The notes below the pieces were generated by a model, which searched no databases, was not told the DNA's origin, and worked only from the letters and a program-made list of their open reading frames with translations. This document shows positions 1 to 10,135 of a stretch of 64,000 bases of DNA, in pieces. Origin of the DNA: Verrucomicrobiota bacterium (lineage in GTDB: Bacteria > Verrucomicrobiota > Verrucomicrobiia > Limisphaerales > UBA11358). The first letter of the stretch is position 1; each line of letters begins with the position of its first letter. Position numbers and translations under genes: made by a program. The stretch spans positions 11,820 through 75,819 of the forward strand of contig JAGWNY010000007.1 of NCBI GenBank assembly GCA_028872915.1, given 5' to 3'.

Positions 1-402
1 ATTGCCCTGGCCCTGGTAGGCTTCCAGAATTTCCGACGCCAGTGCCTCGCGCATGGCTGAGCCTTTTCGTCCGTCCGCAAAATTAACAATCCATCGCAAC
101 GCCAGCGACGTTTGCCGGTCCACCGGCACTTCCATCGGCACCTGGTACGTCGCCCCGCCGACCCGGCGCGCCTTGGTCTCGATGCGCGGCCTCGCGTTGT
201 CCACCGCCCGTTGCAAAATTTCTATCGGATTGCTCGCCGGATTCTTCGCTGAGATGGTGTCAAACGCGCCATAGACGATGCGTTGCGCGGTGCTCTTCTT
301 GCCCCGTTGCATCACCGTGTTGACCAGCCGCGACACCAGCGTGCTGTGAAATTTTTCGTCTTTGGCGGTGCGCCGTTTCGTTGCTTGCCGTCTGCGGGAC
401 AT
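1..402 (-). CDS. rpsG: 30S ribosomal protein S7, 3' end cut by the window edge
   Basis: Hand translation from the ATG (complement of 400-402) gives MSRRRQATKRRTAKDEKFHSTLVSRLVNTVMQRGKKSTAQRIVYGAFD...RRVGGATYQVPMEV, a typical S7. It lies directly downstream of rpsL, as in the str operon. It is absent from the ORF track because no stop falls inside the window. Confidence 0.9.
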   Translation of the reverse strand, partial: MSRRRQATKRRTAKDEKFHSTLVSRLVNTVMQRGKKSTAQRIVYGAFDTISAKNPASNPIEILQRAVDNARPRIETKARRVGGATYQVPMEVPVDRQTSLALRWIVNFADGRKGSAMREALASEILEAYQGQGN

Positions 403-437
403 GGGTGGGAATGATTAAACGTTAAAAACTGTTCGGA

Positions 438-842
438 CTACTTCGCCGCCGCCGGCGCCGCTGCCTTGGCCGCTTTGGGCCGTTTCACGCCATACTTGGA
501 GCGGCTCACCCGGCGCTTTTCAACACCGGCCGCGTCCAGGGTGCCTCGCACGATATGATAACGCACCCCCGGCAAATCCTTCACTCGTCCGCCCCGCACC
601 AGCACAATCGAGTGCTCCTGCAGATTGTGGCCTTCATCCGGAATGTACGCAATCACCTCATACCCGTTGGTCAGTCTTACCTTCGCCACTTTACGCATCG
701 CCGAATTGGGTTTCTTGGGCGTGCGCGTCATCACTTGAATGCACACGCCGCGCCGGAACGGCGAATTTTCCAGGGCCGGCGACTTGGACTTGTAATTGAC
801 CTTCCGCCGGCCTTTCCGAACCAGTTGATTGATTGTAGGCAT
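438..842 (-). CDS. rpsL: 30S ribosomal protein S12
   Basis: 134 aa beginning [13 protein letters not shown], with [19 protein letters not shown] and [19 protein letters not shown], all canonical S12. ATG confirmed at 840-842. Confidence 0.97.
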   Translation of the reverse strand: MPTINQLVRKGRRKVNYKSKSPALENSPFRRGVCIQVMTRTPKKPNSAMRKVAKVRLTNGYEVIAYIPDEGHNLQEHSIVLVRGGRVKDLPGVRYHIVRGTLDAAGVEKRRVSRSKYGVKRPKAAKAAAPAAAK

Positions 843-1221
843 CTTTAAAATTGTTCCTTGCCGGGCGCCATGGACCGGACAAATGGAATCACAAATGTAT
901 CAAAACGAACCGCCCCCTGCAACAACTATTTGCATCAAATCGCTCTTCCGGTTTTGCTTCTCAGCCGGCGAACCTATACGAAACCATGCCGTTGGCTTGG
1001 TCTCTTTGCGCCCGCCTTCGCTCAAGCCACGGCGGGCTGGCCCAACTGCATGGCAATGGAACGGGTTCCAAAAATTGATTCGACTGATTTTAGCCAAGTT
1101 GAATAATTTTCCGGGGAATTTCAACCGCCAGGGCAAAACGGCCCCCTTTCGATGATTTTGGCCTGCCGATTTTATGTCGTTCACAGACTGCCGCGCAGAC
1201 ATTGAGGGCGGGATGACGGGG

Positions 1222-3453
1222 CTATTCGCCAACGAGCGGATAAGGCGCCACCACGTCGGCGCCGACAGCGTAGCGCGGGTGCGCTTTGATGGAAAAGGCA
1301 AAGGCCACGGTGTAATCGGTCGGGCCGATGCCGTTATCAGTGACGCGGAAAGTCAGGGCGCCGGTCCAACTGCGCATATCACGATAAAGGGTGTAGAACT
1401 GGTCCTGCAAGCGGCCGTTTTCGGCGTTGAAATCGTGCTGGGCGCGCAGGCCCCAATTGTCGTTGAGCCGGAAAAAAAGTGTGCTGCCGATGAGATTGTC
1501 TCCGCTGTCCACGAAGCCGGCGCGCGTGTAGTCGTGGCTGAGCGCCCAACTCCAGCGGTCGTTGGGTGTAAAGGTGATCTGGTGATAGGCCAGATTCAAC
1601 TGGGCGTTGCCGATGTCGTAGCGGACCTCCGACTCCAGCGTCAGCCAGGAGCGCGGACGGAATTCAAGGTCCGAGAAGAGGTCGCTGAAGGTGCTTTGGC
1701 CGGCGGTGGGATGCAGCCGCCAGTCCATGATGAGGTCCCAATCGGCCAGATTTTCCACCTGCCCGCTGCGTTTGGTCTGAAACGTATTGCGCAGGCCGAA
1801 TCGGATGACATTTTCGCTGTCAATGGAATCAATGTCGTTGTAATCGGGCAATTGAATGGGCAAGAGGAGGGGGCTGGGCGAGGCGGGATCGAACTGCGGC
1901 AATTGCGGGGGCAGCGTGCTGGGCCGGGGAATGAACGCATAGCTGGCCGACGGCTCGATGATGTGTCGCAATCCGTCAATGTCCAGAAGCCCATTGGTTG
2001 CGCCGGTCCAAAGCCTGGATGCTTTGAAGGAGAAATCCACACCGGTATTAAAAATTTTCCGGTAGGTTTCGGCATTAGTGCCGCCGGGGCCGCTTTCATG
2101 GCCGTAATAGGTGAAGCGGCCGCCCACACGCGGGGTGACGTTCAGCCAGCCGAAAAACGTCCAAGGCAGCAGCAGTTGCTGAAACGTGTCGGCGCGGGCC
2201 GCCGCGTAGTCGGCGCCGGGGCCGTTCGTGCCGCCGAACAAGGTGTTTGTTTCCGCAAACATCCGGCGATAATAACCCGCGGAACTTTCGCTTTCATAAT
2301 ACAGCGGCGTATAGGGCACCTGCTGGCGCCAACCAGTCAGCTTCACGTCTGGCAGCCGCTCGACCTGGTCAAAGAAATCGTTGACCCGGGGCGTCGTTTC
2401 GGCGTCCACGCTCCAGTTTTGCCAATGCCGGTTAATTTCGGCGAACGTGCGCGGTTGCGGATTTTCAGTGTAAGCGCCTTCAAAAAAATCGTGGAGGAGG
2501 AGTGGATCGGACTGGTAATTAACCAGCGCCTTGACGTCGAGGTTGGTGAAGGGAGCGGCCTGCCATGCAAAGCGAAAACGCTGGCGGTCCCGGGGGATGG
2601 AAAACGTTCCGGGCACGCCGTTGGTGCCCAGGTAGGGATTTATGTCGTGCAGATGGTAATACAGAAATGAAGCCTCGCCCCAGCGATTCAGGTGCAGGTT
2701 CAGATTGGCGCCGCCCGCGCCGCCACGCCGTTCCCGATAATCGGCGCGCACGACGCCATCCACGGCATTGTTCCAATACCACCTGTAGGAGGTTAACAGA
2801 TACGGCCCGAATTTCGTCCGATAGCCGGGCAGAAAGCTGAAATGGTTCGCGCGGGCGCCGAGCGCGCGGTGATAATACGGAAAATAAAATGACGGTACGC
2901 CGTCCACGTACAAAACGGCGTTCCATGCCTCCACATATTTGCCGGGAACGATGCGGAAACGGCTCGCGCGAATCAGGATGGCGGGATCGCTCGCGTCGTC
3001 CGTGGTAATGACGACGCGGCGGGCGGAATAAGTGTTGTTCGAGAGGCTGGCGTGCAGGTCGCGGCCTTCCAGGAACAGGGGCGGCCTGCCGGCGCGGAAT
3101 TCGGCGCTGCTCATTCGGCGGGTCTTGAAATTGTAATTGATATGGTCGCCCACCCAGATCATTTGCCCCTGTGCGATGCGGACGTGGCCGTCGGCCTGAA
3201 CCTCGCCGGTTTGCAAATTGATGGTCCCGCTGTCGGCCGTCAGCACCGAATTGCTGTATTGGACATAGAAATGGGCGGCCTTGACGATGTTGCCCTGCAA
3301 CTCCGCGGCGCCGGAAGGCGCATCGGGGAGGATTTGGTTGAGGGCGCCAAACTGGATGGGCTGCTCCTGCGCGAGGGCATTTGATGAAAGAATGAGCGCC
3401 AAAAATGTCAGCGGCAGAATGGCGGGAAATCTTCTCATTAAGCGCGGCGCCAT
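1222..3453 (-). CDS. lptD: LPS-assembly outer membrane protein LptD/OstA family
   Basis: 743 aa. Signal peptide MRRFPAILPLTFLALILSSNALAQ. OstA-like N-terminal domain (LTADSGTINLQTGEVQADGHVRIAQGQMIWVGDHINYNF), then a long aromatic- and glycine-rich region typical of a beta-barrel. Alternative ATG at 3438. Confidence 0.75.
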   Translation of the reverse strand: MAPRLMRRFPAILPLTFLALILSSNALAQEQPIQFGALNQILPDAPSGAAELQGNIVKAAHFYVQYSNSVLTADSGTINLQTGEVQADGHVRIAQGQMIWVGDHINYNFKTRRMSSAEFRAGRPPLFLEGRDLHASLSNNTYSARRVVITTDDASDPAILIRASRFRIVPGKYVEAWNAVLYVDGVPSFYFPYYHRALGARANHFSFLPGYRTKFGPYLLTSYRWYWNNAVDGVVRADYRERRGGAGGANLNLHLNRWGEASFLYYHLHDINPYLGTNGVPGTFSIPRDRQRFRFAWQAAPFTNLDVKALVNYQSDPLLLHDFFEGAYTENPQPRTFAEINRHWQNWSVDAETTPRVNDFFDQVERLPDVKLTGWRQQVPYTPLYYESESSAGYYRRMFAETNTLFGGTNGPGADYAAARADTFQQLLLPWTFFGWLNVTPRVGGRFTYYGHESGPGGTNAETYRKIFNTGVDFSFKASRLWTGATNGLLDIDGLRHIIEPSASYAFIPRPSTLPPQLPQFDPASPSPLLLPIQLPDYNDIDSIDSENVIRFGLRNTFQTKRSGQVENLADWDLIMDWRLHPTAGQSTFSDLFSDLEFRPRSWLTLESEVRYDIGNAQLNLAYHQITFTPNDRWSWALSHDYTRAGFVDSGDNLIGSTLFFRLNDNWGLRAQHDFNAENGRLQDQFYTLYRDMRSWTGALTFRVTDNGIGPTDYTVAFAFSIKAHPRYAVGADVVAPYPLVGE

Positions 3454-3573
3454 TAAACAGAAGGAAAACGACCTTGTCGAGCGGCCATTCCTGCGCCCGG
3501 CCCGCCTTCGATTGCACGGAGACCCCGGCTTTATTGTAATTTCAAGCCACCAAAACTTCCGGCTGCCGCCCGG

Positions 3574-4347
3574 CTACAAGCGCACCGAAATGCTTTTTCC
3601 GGCCAGAAACCGTTTAACGTCCCCAACCGTATATTCGCCGAAATGAAAAATGCTGGCCGCGAGTACGGCATCGGCCCTGCCTTCGATCAGCACTTCGGCC
3701 AGATGTTCGAGCGTGCCTGCGCCGCCGCTGGCGACCACCGGCACGCCTACGGATTCACTGATGCGCCGGGTAATCGCCAGATCGAACCCGCCTTTCGTGC
3801 CATCGGCGTCAATGGAATTCAGAACAATTTCGCCTGCACCCAGCACCACCGCTTTTTTTGCCCACTCCACGGCATCCAGACCCGTGGGCTTGCGGCCACC
3901 GTGTGAAAACACCTGCCATTGATCGGGACCGGTTTTTTTGGCGTCAATGGAAACCACGACGCACTGGCTGCCGAATTTTTCGGCTCCGGCGCGGATTAGT
4001 TCGGGGTTGGCGAGTGCGGAGGAGTTGATGCTCACCTTGTCGGCTCCGGCGCGGAGCATGCGGAACATGTCATCCACGGATTTGATGCCGCCACCGACGG
4101 TCAGCGGCATGAAACATTCGTTTGCGGCACGTTCGATCACGTCCACCATCGTGGCGCGGCCGTGGGCGCTGGCGGTGATGTCGAAAAACACCATTTCGTC
4201 GGCACCCTGCTGGTTGTAGCGAACGGCCAGTTCGACGGGATCGCCGACATTCTTCAGTTCGCCGGCTTCGGCCCTGCCGAATTGCACGCCGCGGGTGACC
4301 TGGCCACCATGCACGTCCAGGCAGGGGATGACGCGTTTGGCAATCAT
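3574..4347 (-). CDS. hisF: Imidazole glycerol phosphate synthase cyclase subunit HisF
   Basis: [23 protein letters not shown]...TVGGGIKS...VASGGAG, a classic HisF. ATG confirmed at 4345-4347. The track ORF extends to 4377, but those 10 extra residues are not HisF-like. Confidence 0.93.
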   Translation of the reverse strand: MIAKRVIPCLDVHGGQVTRGVQFGRAEAGELKNVGDPVELAVRYNQQGADEMVFFDITASAHGRATMVDVIERAANECFMPLTVGGGIKSVDDMFRMLRAGADKVSINSSALANPELIRAGAEKFGSQCVVVSIDAKKTGPDQWQVFSHGGRKPTGLDAVEWAKKAVVLGAGEIVLNSIDADGTKGGFDLAITRRISESVGVPVVASGGAGTLEHLAEVLIEGRADAVLAASIFHFGEYTVGDVKRFLAGKSISVRL

Positions 4348-4443
4348 GGGGGTATTGAAAACCGTGAAGGGGCGCAAGGCAAATGAATCCGCGCCGAAAA
4401 AGTTTTACTTGGCCGGGGACGAAAAATATATTGGCTGCTGGTG

Positions 4444-4530
4444 GCCGACGTGGCGGAATTGGCAGACGCGCTGGACTCAAAATCCAGTGGCCTCGCGGCC
4501 GTGTGGGTTCGACCCCCTCCGTCGGCACCA
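4444..4530 (+). tRNA. tRNA-Leu (anticodon CAA), class II with long variable arm and encoded CCA
   Basis: Acceptor stem GCCGACG pairs with CGTCGGC, followed by ACCA. Anticodon stem CTGGA/TCCAG encloses the loop CT-CAA-AA. T-arm is GGTTCGACCCC. The long variable arm fits tRNA-Leu. Confidence 0.9.
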
Positions 4531-4700
4531 AATGAAAAACAGGCGATTCATGCGCAATTCACTTGAGATGAAAAGCTTTTTCGCAGTTTTAATGCTCTCT
4601 GTCATTTGCGACCCAAAGTCTCGCCGGCCTTTCGGAACCGAATACTGCCTTGCCCCCACTCAAGCGGTTCGATGATTTGGCAGATTGAGACGCAGCGGCA

Positions 4701-5963
4701 TTAATTCAAATGGTTTGCCGCGTCGCCCACCCCCACAACAATTTCCTTGCGTGATTCCGGATTTGTGATGCGAACGTATTCGTCGCTTTCAAGACGGGCG
4801 GTGAACGATGCCTTTAATTCGCGGGCGCGTTTGTATTGTTTATCGGGCTTGGAGGGCGTCAGTGGGTAATCCACCACAAATCCGGCACATCGCAGGTCTT
4901 CGGCCAATTTCAGCGATTGGAGGCGAAGCTCTTCGTCCTGAATGACCACAAAGACGTCCACGCGGGCATCAAATGATGGCAACAGTTTGCGTGCCTTGAG
5001 CAATTCGAGCAGCACCACATCGCCCATGCCGAAGCCCAGGGCGGGAAGGTCCACCCGCCCGCCGCTGATGAGTTTGATGAGATTGTCATAACGTCCGCCG
5101 CCGGCAATGGCGCGGAACTCGCCGGTGGCGTCAAACGCCTCGAAAACCACGCCCGTGTAATAAGCCAGGCCACGGATCACGCGATAATCCACGCGCGCAA
5201 AATCCTTCATTCCGCGCGCCGCAAGGTTTCGGAGAATGGCATCGAGTTCGGGAGTGGGCGCGCCCGATGCGATGAAACGCCGCACGTCTGGAAGCGAAAA
5301 ACCCAAGGCCGACAATTTCCGCGCCGTTTCGGATTCCGGCGCCCGATCGAGTTTGTCTATGACCTGGAAGAATTCGTATTCCTCCTTGCCGCCGTTGGGG
5401 GCGGCGGGCGATTGTCCTCGCCTGCCTTTGGTGTAAAAATCCTGCCAGGCGTTGCGGCTGCTCAACCGGATAACGAAGTCCCGTTCGGTGAGGCCAAAGG
5501 CGCGCAAGGTATCAATCAAAAGGGCAATGAGTTCGGCGTCGGCGGCCGGGTCGGTTTCGCCCAAGATGTCGGCATTGAACTGGAAATGCTCGCGCAGGCG
5601 GCCTTTTTGCTGGCGTTCATATCGAAAAAGCTGGGGGATGGCGAACCATTTGACCGGCTTTTTGTAATTGCGCTCGTGGGCGGCGGCCATGCGCGCCAAT
5701 GTGGGGGTCATTTCGGGGCGCAAGGCCACGGAGCGGTTGCCCTTGTCGGTGAAATTATAGAGTTGGCCGACGATTTCATCGCCGCTCTTGGTGGTGAAAA
5801 GTTCCAGAGGTTCGAGCGGCGGCCCGTCATATTCACGAAAATGGAAACGGCGGGCCACCGACCGCCATTTTTCAAAAATGTACTGCCGGGCGTCGGCGCT
5901 CCAGACATCGGTATGGGGAAGCGGTTCGGGGTAAAAATCGCGGAATCCGGGTAATCGTTCCAT
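4701..5963 (-). CDS. hisS: Histidine--tRNA ligase
   Basis: 420 aa with GFRDFYP, ALRPEMT, FRYERQQKGRLREHFQFN, GGGRYDNL and RGLAYYTGVVFE, which are class II HisRS motifs. A HisZ paralog cannot be fully excluded. Confidence 0.88.
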   Translation of the reverse strand: MERLPGFRDFYPEPLPHTDVWSADARQYIFEKWRSVARRFHFREYDGPPLEPLELFTTKSGDEIVGQLYNFTDKGNRSVALRPEMTPTLARMAAAHERNYKKPVKWFAIPQLFRYERQQKGRLREHFQFNADILGETDPAADAELIALLIDTLRAFGLTERDFVIRLSSRNAWQDFYTKGRRGQSPAAPNGGKEEYEFFQVIDKLDRAPESETARKLSALGFSLPDVRRFIASGAPTPELDAILRNLAARGMKDFARVDYRVIRGLAYYTGVVFEAFDATGEFRAIAGGGRYDNLIKLISGGRVDLPALGFGMGDVVLLELLKARKLLPSFDARVDVFVVIQDEELRLQSLKLAEDLRCAGFVVDYPLTPSKPDKQYKRARELKASFTARLESDEYVRITNPESRKEIVVGVGDAANHLN

Positions 5964-6014
5964 GCCGGAATTTAGAAAAAAACGGGCGAAAGGTAAAAAT
6001 AAAACGCGGGTTCT

Positions 6015-7298
6015 TCACAGGCGCCGCAATACTTTATGCGCGACGCGGATGGTTTTTTCGATGTCAGCCGGGGTGTGCGCCGTGGAAATGAACCCTGCCT
6101 CAAATTGCGAAGGCGCCAGATAGATGCCTTGGGCGAGCATTCCGTGGAAAAATTTCGCGAAACGGTCCCGATCGCTCTTCATCGCATCGGCCAGGTTATG
6201 GACGGGCTGATGGCAGAAATAGGCGCAAAACATGGAGCCGCATGAATTGAACTGGACGGAAATTTTCGCGGCTTTTGCAGCTTCGCGCATTCCGGCGGCG
6301 AGTTGCCGGCCGCGGTCTTCGAGCTTCTGATACACGTTGCCGTCCGCCAGCGCGTCCAGATTCGCAATCCCGGACGCCATAGCGATGGGATTGCCGCTGA
6401 GCGTTCCGGCCTGATAGACCGGTCCGAGGGGCGCGAGCAAGTCCATGATTTCGGCGCGGCCGCCAAGGGCTCCCACCGGCAGGCCGCCGCCAATGATTTT
6501 GCCCAGGCAGGTAAGATCAGGCAGGACGTTGAAACGTTCCTGGGCGCCGCCCCTGGCCAGCCGAAAGCCGGTCATCACTTCGTCAAAAATGAGGAGTGCG
6601 CCATTGGCGGCCGTGATGTCGCGTAGAAATTCAAGATAACCCGGTTGGGGAAGATACAAGCCGGCGTTTCCGGGCACCGGCTCAACGATGATAGCGGCGA
6701 TTTGATTCTTATTGGCCGCGAACGCGGCCTCGATTGCATCCGCATCGTTGAACGGCAGGACGAGAGTATGTTGCGTGAAGGCGGCGGGCACGCCGGCGCT
6801 GTCCGGACTTCCAAACGTGAGCGCGCCGCTGCCAGCCTTGACCAGAAGCGAGTCGGCATGGCCATGATAGCAGCCGTCGAACTTGATGATTTTGTCCCGG
6901 TTGGTGAAGCCGCGCGCCAGGCGGATGGCGCTCATGCAGGCTTCGGTGCCGGAATTGGTCATGCGGACTTTTTGAATGCCCGGAACCCATTGGCGGATGC
7001 GCCTGGCCATTGTCACTTCCAACGCATTGGGAATTCCGAAGCTGGCGCCGCGCGCCGCAGCCGCCTTGATGGCGGCGACGATTTTCGGATGCGCGTGGCC
7101 GAGGATGGCTGGTCCCCAGGTGCAGACGTAGTCCAGGTATTCATTGCCGTCCACATCCCAGACGCGGGCGCCTTTGGCGCGCCGGGCAAAAAAAGGCTGC
7201 CCGCCAACGGCCCGGAAGGCCCGGACGGGAGAGTTTACGCCGCCGGGAATGAATTTCAGTGCCTCGGCAAAAAGCTTTTTGGACAGCGCCTGTTTCAT
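6015..7298 (-). CDS. hemL: Glutamate-1-semialdehyde 2,1-aminomutase
   Basis: FIPGGVNSPVRAFRAVGG, VRMTNSGTEA, FDEVMTGFR and LGKIIGGGLP. The first track codon at 7301 is TTG; the ATG is at 7296-7298. Confidence 0.93.
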   Translation of the reverse strand: MKQALSKKLFAEALKFIPGGVNSPVRAFRAVGGQPFFARRAKGARVWDVDGNEYLDYVCTWGPAILGHAHPKIVAAIKAAAARGASFGIPNALEVTMARRIRQWVPGIQKVRMTNSGTEACMSAIRLARGFTNRDKIIKFDGCYHGHADSLLVKAGSGALTFGSPDSAGVPAAFTQHTLVLPFNDADAIEAAFAANKNQIAAIIVEPVPGNAGLYLPQPGYLEFLRDITAANGALLIFDEVMTGFRLARGGAQERFNVLPDLTCLGKIIGGGLPVGALGGRAEIMDLLAPLGPVYQAGTLSGNPIAMASGIANLDALADGNVYQKLEDRGRQLAAGMREAAKAAKISVQFNSCGSMFCAYFCHQPVHNLADAMKSDRDRFAKFFHGMLAQGIYLAPSQFEAGFISTAHTPADIEKTIRVAHKVLRRL

Positions 7299-7353
7299 CA
7301 AGACAATTTACCCGGCGCCGCCGGCAAATAGAAGCAGAATGCGGAAGTGGAGC

Positions 7354-8796
7354 TTACGGGCGTTTGAGCTTTTGCTCGAGGATGGCGCCCACAACGGCGG
7401 GGTTTGCCTTTCCCTTGCTCAATTTCATCACCTGGCCTTTGAGGAAATTCAGCGCGGCGGCTTTGCCGGACCGGAAGTCATTGGCCGGACCGGGATGGCT
7501 GGCGACGACCTGGTCGCACAATTTTTCAATGGCGGCCGAATCGCTGACCTGGGCCAGGCCGCGTTCCTGGACGATGGCGCCGGGGGACCGGCCGCTCTCG
7601 AACGTTTCGGCAAAAACCGCCTGTGCGGCGGAACTGCTGATGGTTTTGGCCTCGATCAGGCCGATCAATTCAAGAATGGCGCCGGATTGGAATTTCAAGT
7701 CTGCAAAGGTCATTAGCGTGCCATTTTCAGCCGCCCCGGACATTTTGGCGCGCAAATTGTTGATGACCCAGTTCGCGACGGCCTTGGGGTTCGACGATTT
7801 TTTGGCGAGCGGCTCAAAGTAATCTCCGAGTGCGACTTCGTTTTTGAAAACCTCGGCGTCGCCGGCAGGTAATTGGTAATCGCGCATGAACCGCTGTTTG
7901 CGGGCCAGGGGCAATTCGACCACCCGCGCCGAAACCGCTTCCAGCCACTTTTCAGTTGGCGAAAAAGGCATGAGGTCCGGTTCGGGGAAATAGCGGTAAT
8001 CGTGGGCGTGCTCCTTGCTGCGCATTTCGCCGGTCACACCGGCGGCGTCGTCCCATCGGCGGGTGGATTGGGAAAGGGCGCCGCCGGCCTTGAGGACAGC
8101 GATCTGGCGCGGAACTTCGTATTCGAGGGCGCGGCGCACGCCTGAAAAACTGTTCATGTTTTTGATTTCAATTTTCGCCCCGAGTTCGGCCGAACCTTTG
8201 GGCCTCACCGAGACGTTGACGTCGCAGCGGACCATGCCTTTTTCCATGTCGCAATCGCTGACGCCGCCATGGATTAAAATGTCCTTGAGGGCGGTGAGAT
8301 ATTCATAGGCCATATCGGCGCCGGTGATGTCCGGCTCGGAGACGATTTCGAGCAAGGGAACACCGGCGCGATTGAAATCCACGCCGCTGTTGCGTTCGAA
8401 ATGAAAGTTCTTGCCCACGTCCTCCTCGAGGTGGGCGCGAGTGAGCCGGACGCGGCGGACGGCGCCATCGAATTCAAAGTCCACGCGGCCGCGGCGCGCG
8501 CTGGGACCGTCGTATTGGGTGATCTGATAATTTTTTGGGACATCGGGATAAAAATAATTTTTACGGTCAAATTTTGCGGACGGCGGAATGTCACAGTTGA
8601 GCAGCAGGCCGGCCAGGATGGTGAGGCGCAGGGCTTCTTCATTGGCCACGGGCAGGACGCCGGGAAAGCCCAGGCAAATGGGGCAAACATTTGTGTTCGG
8701 CTCGGCGCCAAAGGCGTTGGCGCAGCCGCACCACATCTTGGACCGGGTTTTAAGCTGGACGTGGGTCTCCAGTCCGATGACGGCTTCGTATTCCAT
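7354..8796 (-). CDS. gatB: Asp/Glu-tRNA(Asn/Gln) amidotransferase subunit B
   Basis: 480 aa beginning MEYEAVIGLETHVQLKT, with CPICLGFPGVLPV, RKNYFYPD, DVNVSV and RYFPEPDL, a classic GatB. Confidence 0.95.
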   Translation of the reverse strand: MEYEAVIGLETHVQLKTRSKMWCGCANAFGAEPNTNVCPICLGFPGVLPVANEEALRLTILAGLLLNCDIPPSAKFDRKNYFYPDVPKNYQITQYDGPSARRGRVDFEFDGAVRRVRLTRAHLEEDVGKNFHFERNSGVDFNRAGVPLLEIVSEPDITGADMAYEYLTALKDILIHGGVSDCDMEKGMVRCDVNVSVRPKGSAELGAKIEIKNMNSFSGVRRALEYEVPRQIAVLKAGGALSQSTRRWDDAAGVTGEMRSKEHAHDYRYFPEPDLMPFSPTEKWLEAVSARVVELPLARKQRFMRDYQLPAGDAEVFKNEVALGDYFEPLAKKSSNPKAVANWVINNLRAKMSGAAENGTLMTFADLKFQSGAILELIGLIEAKTISSSAAQAVFAETFESGRSPGAIVQERGLAQVSDSAAIEKLCDQVVASHPGPANDFRSGKAAALNFLKGQVMKLSKGKANPAVVGAILEQKLKRP

Positions 8797-8875
8797 TTAC
8801 TGGAATTTAGTCGGAGGCGCGCCGGGATAAAACGAGATTTTACGGTGAAACGGTTCCATTATTTCTTCAACCGCT

Positions 8876-10135
8876 CTAATTGCCGGCGAGAAGTTTTTGC
8901 CAGATTTCTTCGTTCAGTACGGCTCTTTTGAAGAAGCCTGTGTCGTCGGGCGGCGGGGCCGCCTTTTCGGGATGCAAGGGCATGTGAATGGTAAAGGTGT
9001 TGCCCTGGCCCGGTTCACTGTGGGCATCAATTGTGCCGCCATGATGATGCACGACAAAAAAGCAGGCCATGAGGTGAATGGCATATTCAGACGCGACGGC
9101 GCGCTGGGCGGCAAACGGGTCGAACACAGCGCGGAGGGCGTCCTGCGGAAGGCCGGGACCGTTGTCGGCTATATGAATGATCATTTCCGCCTGGCGCCCG
9201 CTGCCCTTCGACTCGGCGGAAAAGGTCAGGCGTTTTCCCGAGGGCAACGTGGCCAATTCCTCCTTGAGAAGCCATTCAAAGACGTGGAAAAACTTGTTTT
9301 TGTCCACCTGAAGCAGCGGCAGGGAATCGGGGACGTTGTTTTCAATTTCGATTTGCCGGGTGGCGATATCGGTTGCAAATTTCTCCCGCGCCTCTTCCAC
9401 CATGTCGCGCAGCGAAACCTTGTCGGCGAAGGGCGTGCGCGGATTTTCGGAGGCGGTCCATATTTCCTTCAGCAGATTGTTGATTTTTTCAATTTGTTCC
9501 TGGGCCCCCTGGTGATAGTCCGTCCAAAAGCCCGGATCGCGCAATTCGTTCTGGCTGGCGCGTTCATCGGCCATTTTGTCCGGGGCCAGTTCCAAAAATG
9601 TCTGGACGGCAACGAGCGAATTGCGGATGTGATGGCCCAAACCGGCGGCGATCAGTCCCAGGCTTACCATCCGGTCGGCAATCATCATGTTGCGAAGGAT
9701 TGACATTTTTTCATGAAGAAGCTGGTCGCGCTCCATCTGAACCATGAAAAATTCGAGGCCCTGGCGGAGGGTGAGTTCGAGCTGCGGCGGTTCCCAGGGC
9801 TTGGTGACATATTTATAGATTGCCCCGCTGTTCACGGCGGCAATGGCGGCGTCCATGTCGGCAAACGCGGTGACCAGAATCCGCAAAATGCGTGGACGAA
9901 GCTGCCGCGCCCGTTCGAGGAGCCAGACGCCCTTTTCTCCAGGCATCCGTTGGTCGGTCATCAATAATCCAATCTCATCGGCGTGTTGTTCAAGCAGGGC
10001 GTAACCTTCCTGTGCGCTGGGCGCGGTGAACAGGCGGAAGTTTCCGCCGAAGGCGCGGGAAAAATTCTTGAGCGATTTTTCCTCATCATCCACGTAGAGG
10101 ATGGCGAATTTTTTATAATCGTATTGGTTCTCCAT
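8876..10135 (-). CDS. Response regulator with an N-terminal receiver and a C-terminal histidine-kinase-like output domain (PhcR-like architecture)
   Basis: The receiver has ILYVDDEE...LLMTDQRMPG...VTAFAD...YVTKPW. It is followed by an H-box-like LGLIAAGLGHHIRNSL and a GHKL-like segment IADNGPGLP...FDPF. The G2 box looks degenerate (SEYAIHLMACFF instead of GxGLGL). The start overlaps the upstream kinase by 23 nt. Confidence 0.8.
   Translation of the reverse strand: MENQYDYKKFAILYVDDEEKSLKNFSRAFGGNFRLFTAPSAQEGYALLEQHADEIGLLMTDQRMPGEKGVWLLERARQLRPRILRILVTAFADMDAAIAAVNSGAIYKYVTKPWEPPQLELTLRQGLEFFMVQMERDQLLHEKMSILRNMMIADRMVSLGLIAAGLGHHIRNSLVAVQTFLELAPDKMADERASQNELRDPGFWTDYHQGAQEQIEKINNLLKEIWTASENPRTPFADKVSLRDMVEEAREKFATDIATRQIEIENNVPDSLPLLQVDKNKFFHVFEWLLKEELATLPSGKRLTFSAESKGSGRQAEMIIHIADNGPGLPQDALRAVFDPFAAQRAVASEYAIHLMACFFVVHHHGGTIDAHSEPGQGNTFTIHMPLHPEKAAPPPDDTGFFKRAVLNEEIWQKLLAGN

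Noticed and set aside
1010-1037. Stem GCCCGCC / GGCGGGC with a 14-nt loop in the rpsL-lptD intergenic region. I considered it as the lptD terminator or an rpsL leader element.
   Set aside because: The loop is long, no U-tract follows on the relevant strand, and I recognise no conserved motif. It is too weak to call.
1174-2670. 498-aa plus-strand ORF opposite lptD. Similar long antisense ORFs occur at 10863-13136 (757 aa), 25765-26868, 28513-29796, 30472-31596, 40318-41094, 42542-43876, 44022-45068, 48262-49344 and 57662-59458.
   Set aside because: All lie antisense to genes with unmistakable conserved motifs. Their products are R/G/A/P-rich low-complexity strings with no recognisable domains. 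Such shadow ORFs are expected in ~60% GC DNA.
4531-4700. Relatively AT-rich 170-bp spacer immediately 3' of tRNA-Leu. I considered it as a remnant of an integrated element or an att site.
   Set aside because: No integrase is present, and I could find no repeat of the tRNA 3' end. The spacer is simply the gap between the tRNA and the convergent hisS stop. The 60-aa and 126-aa ORFs here overlap the tRNA.
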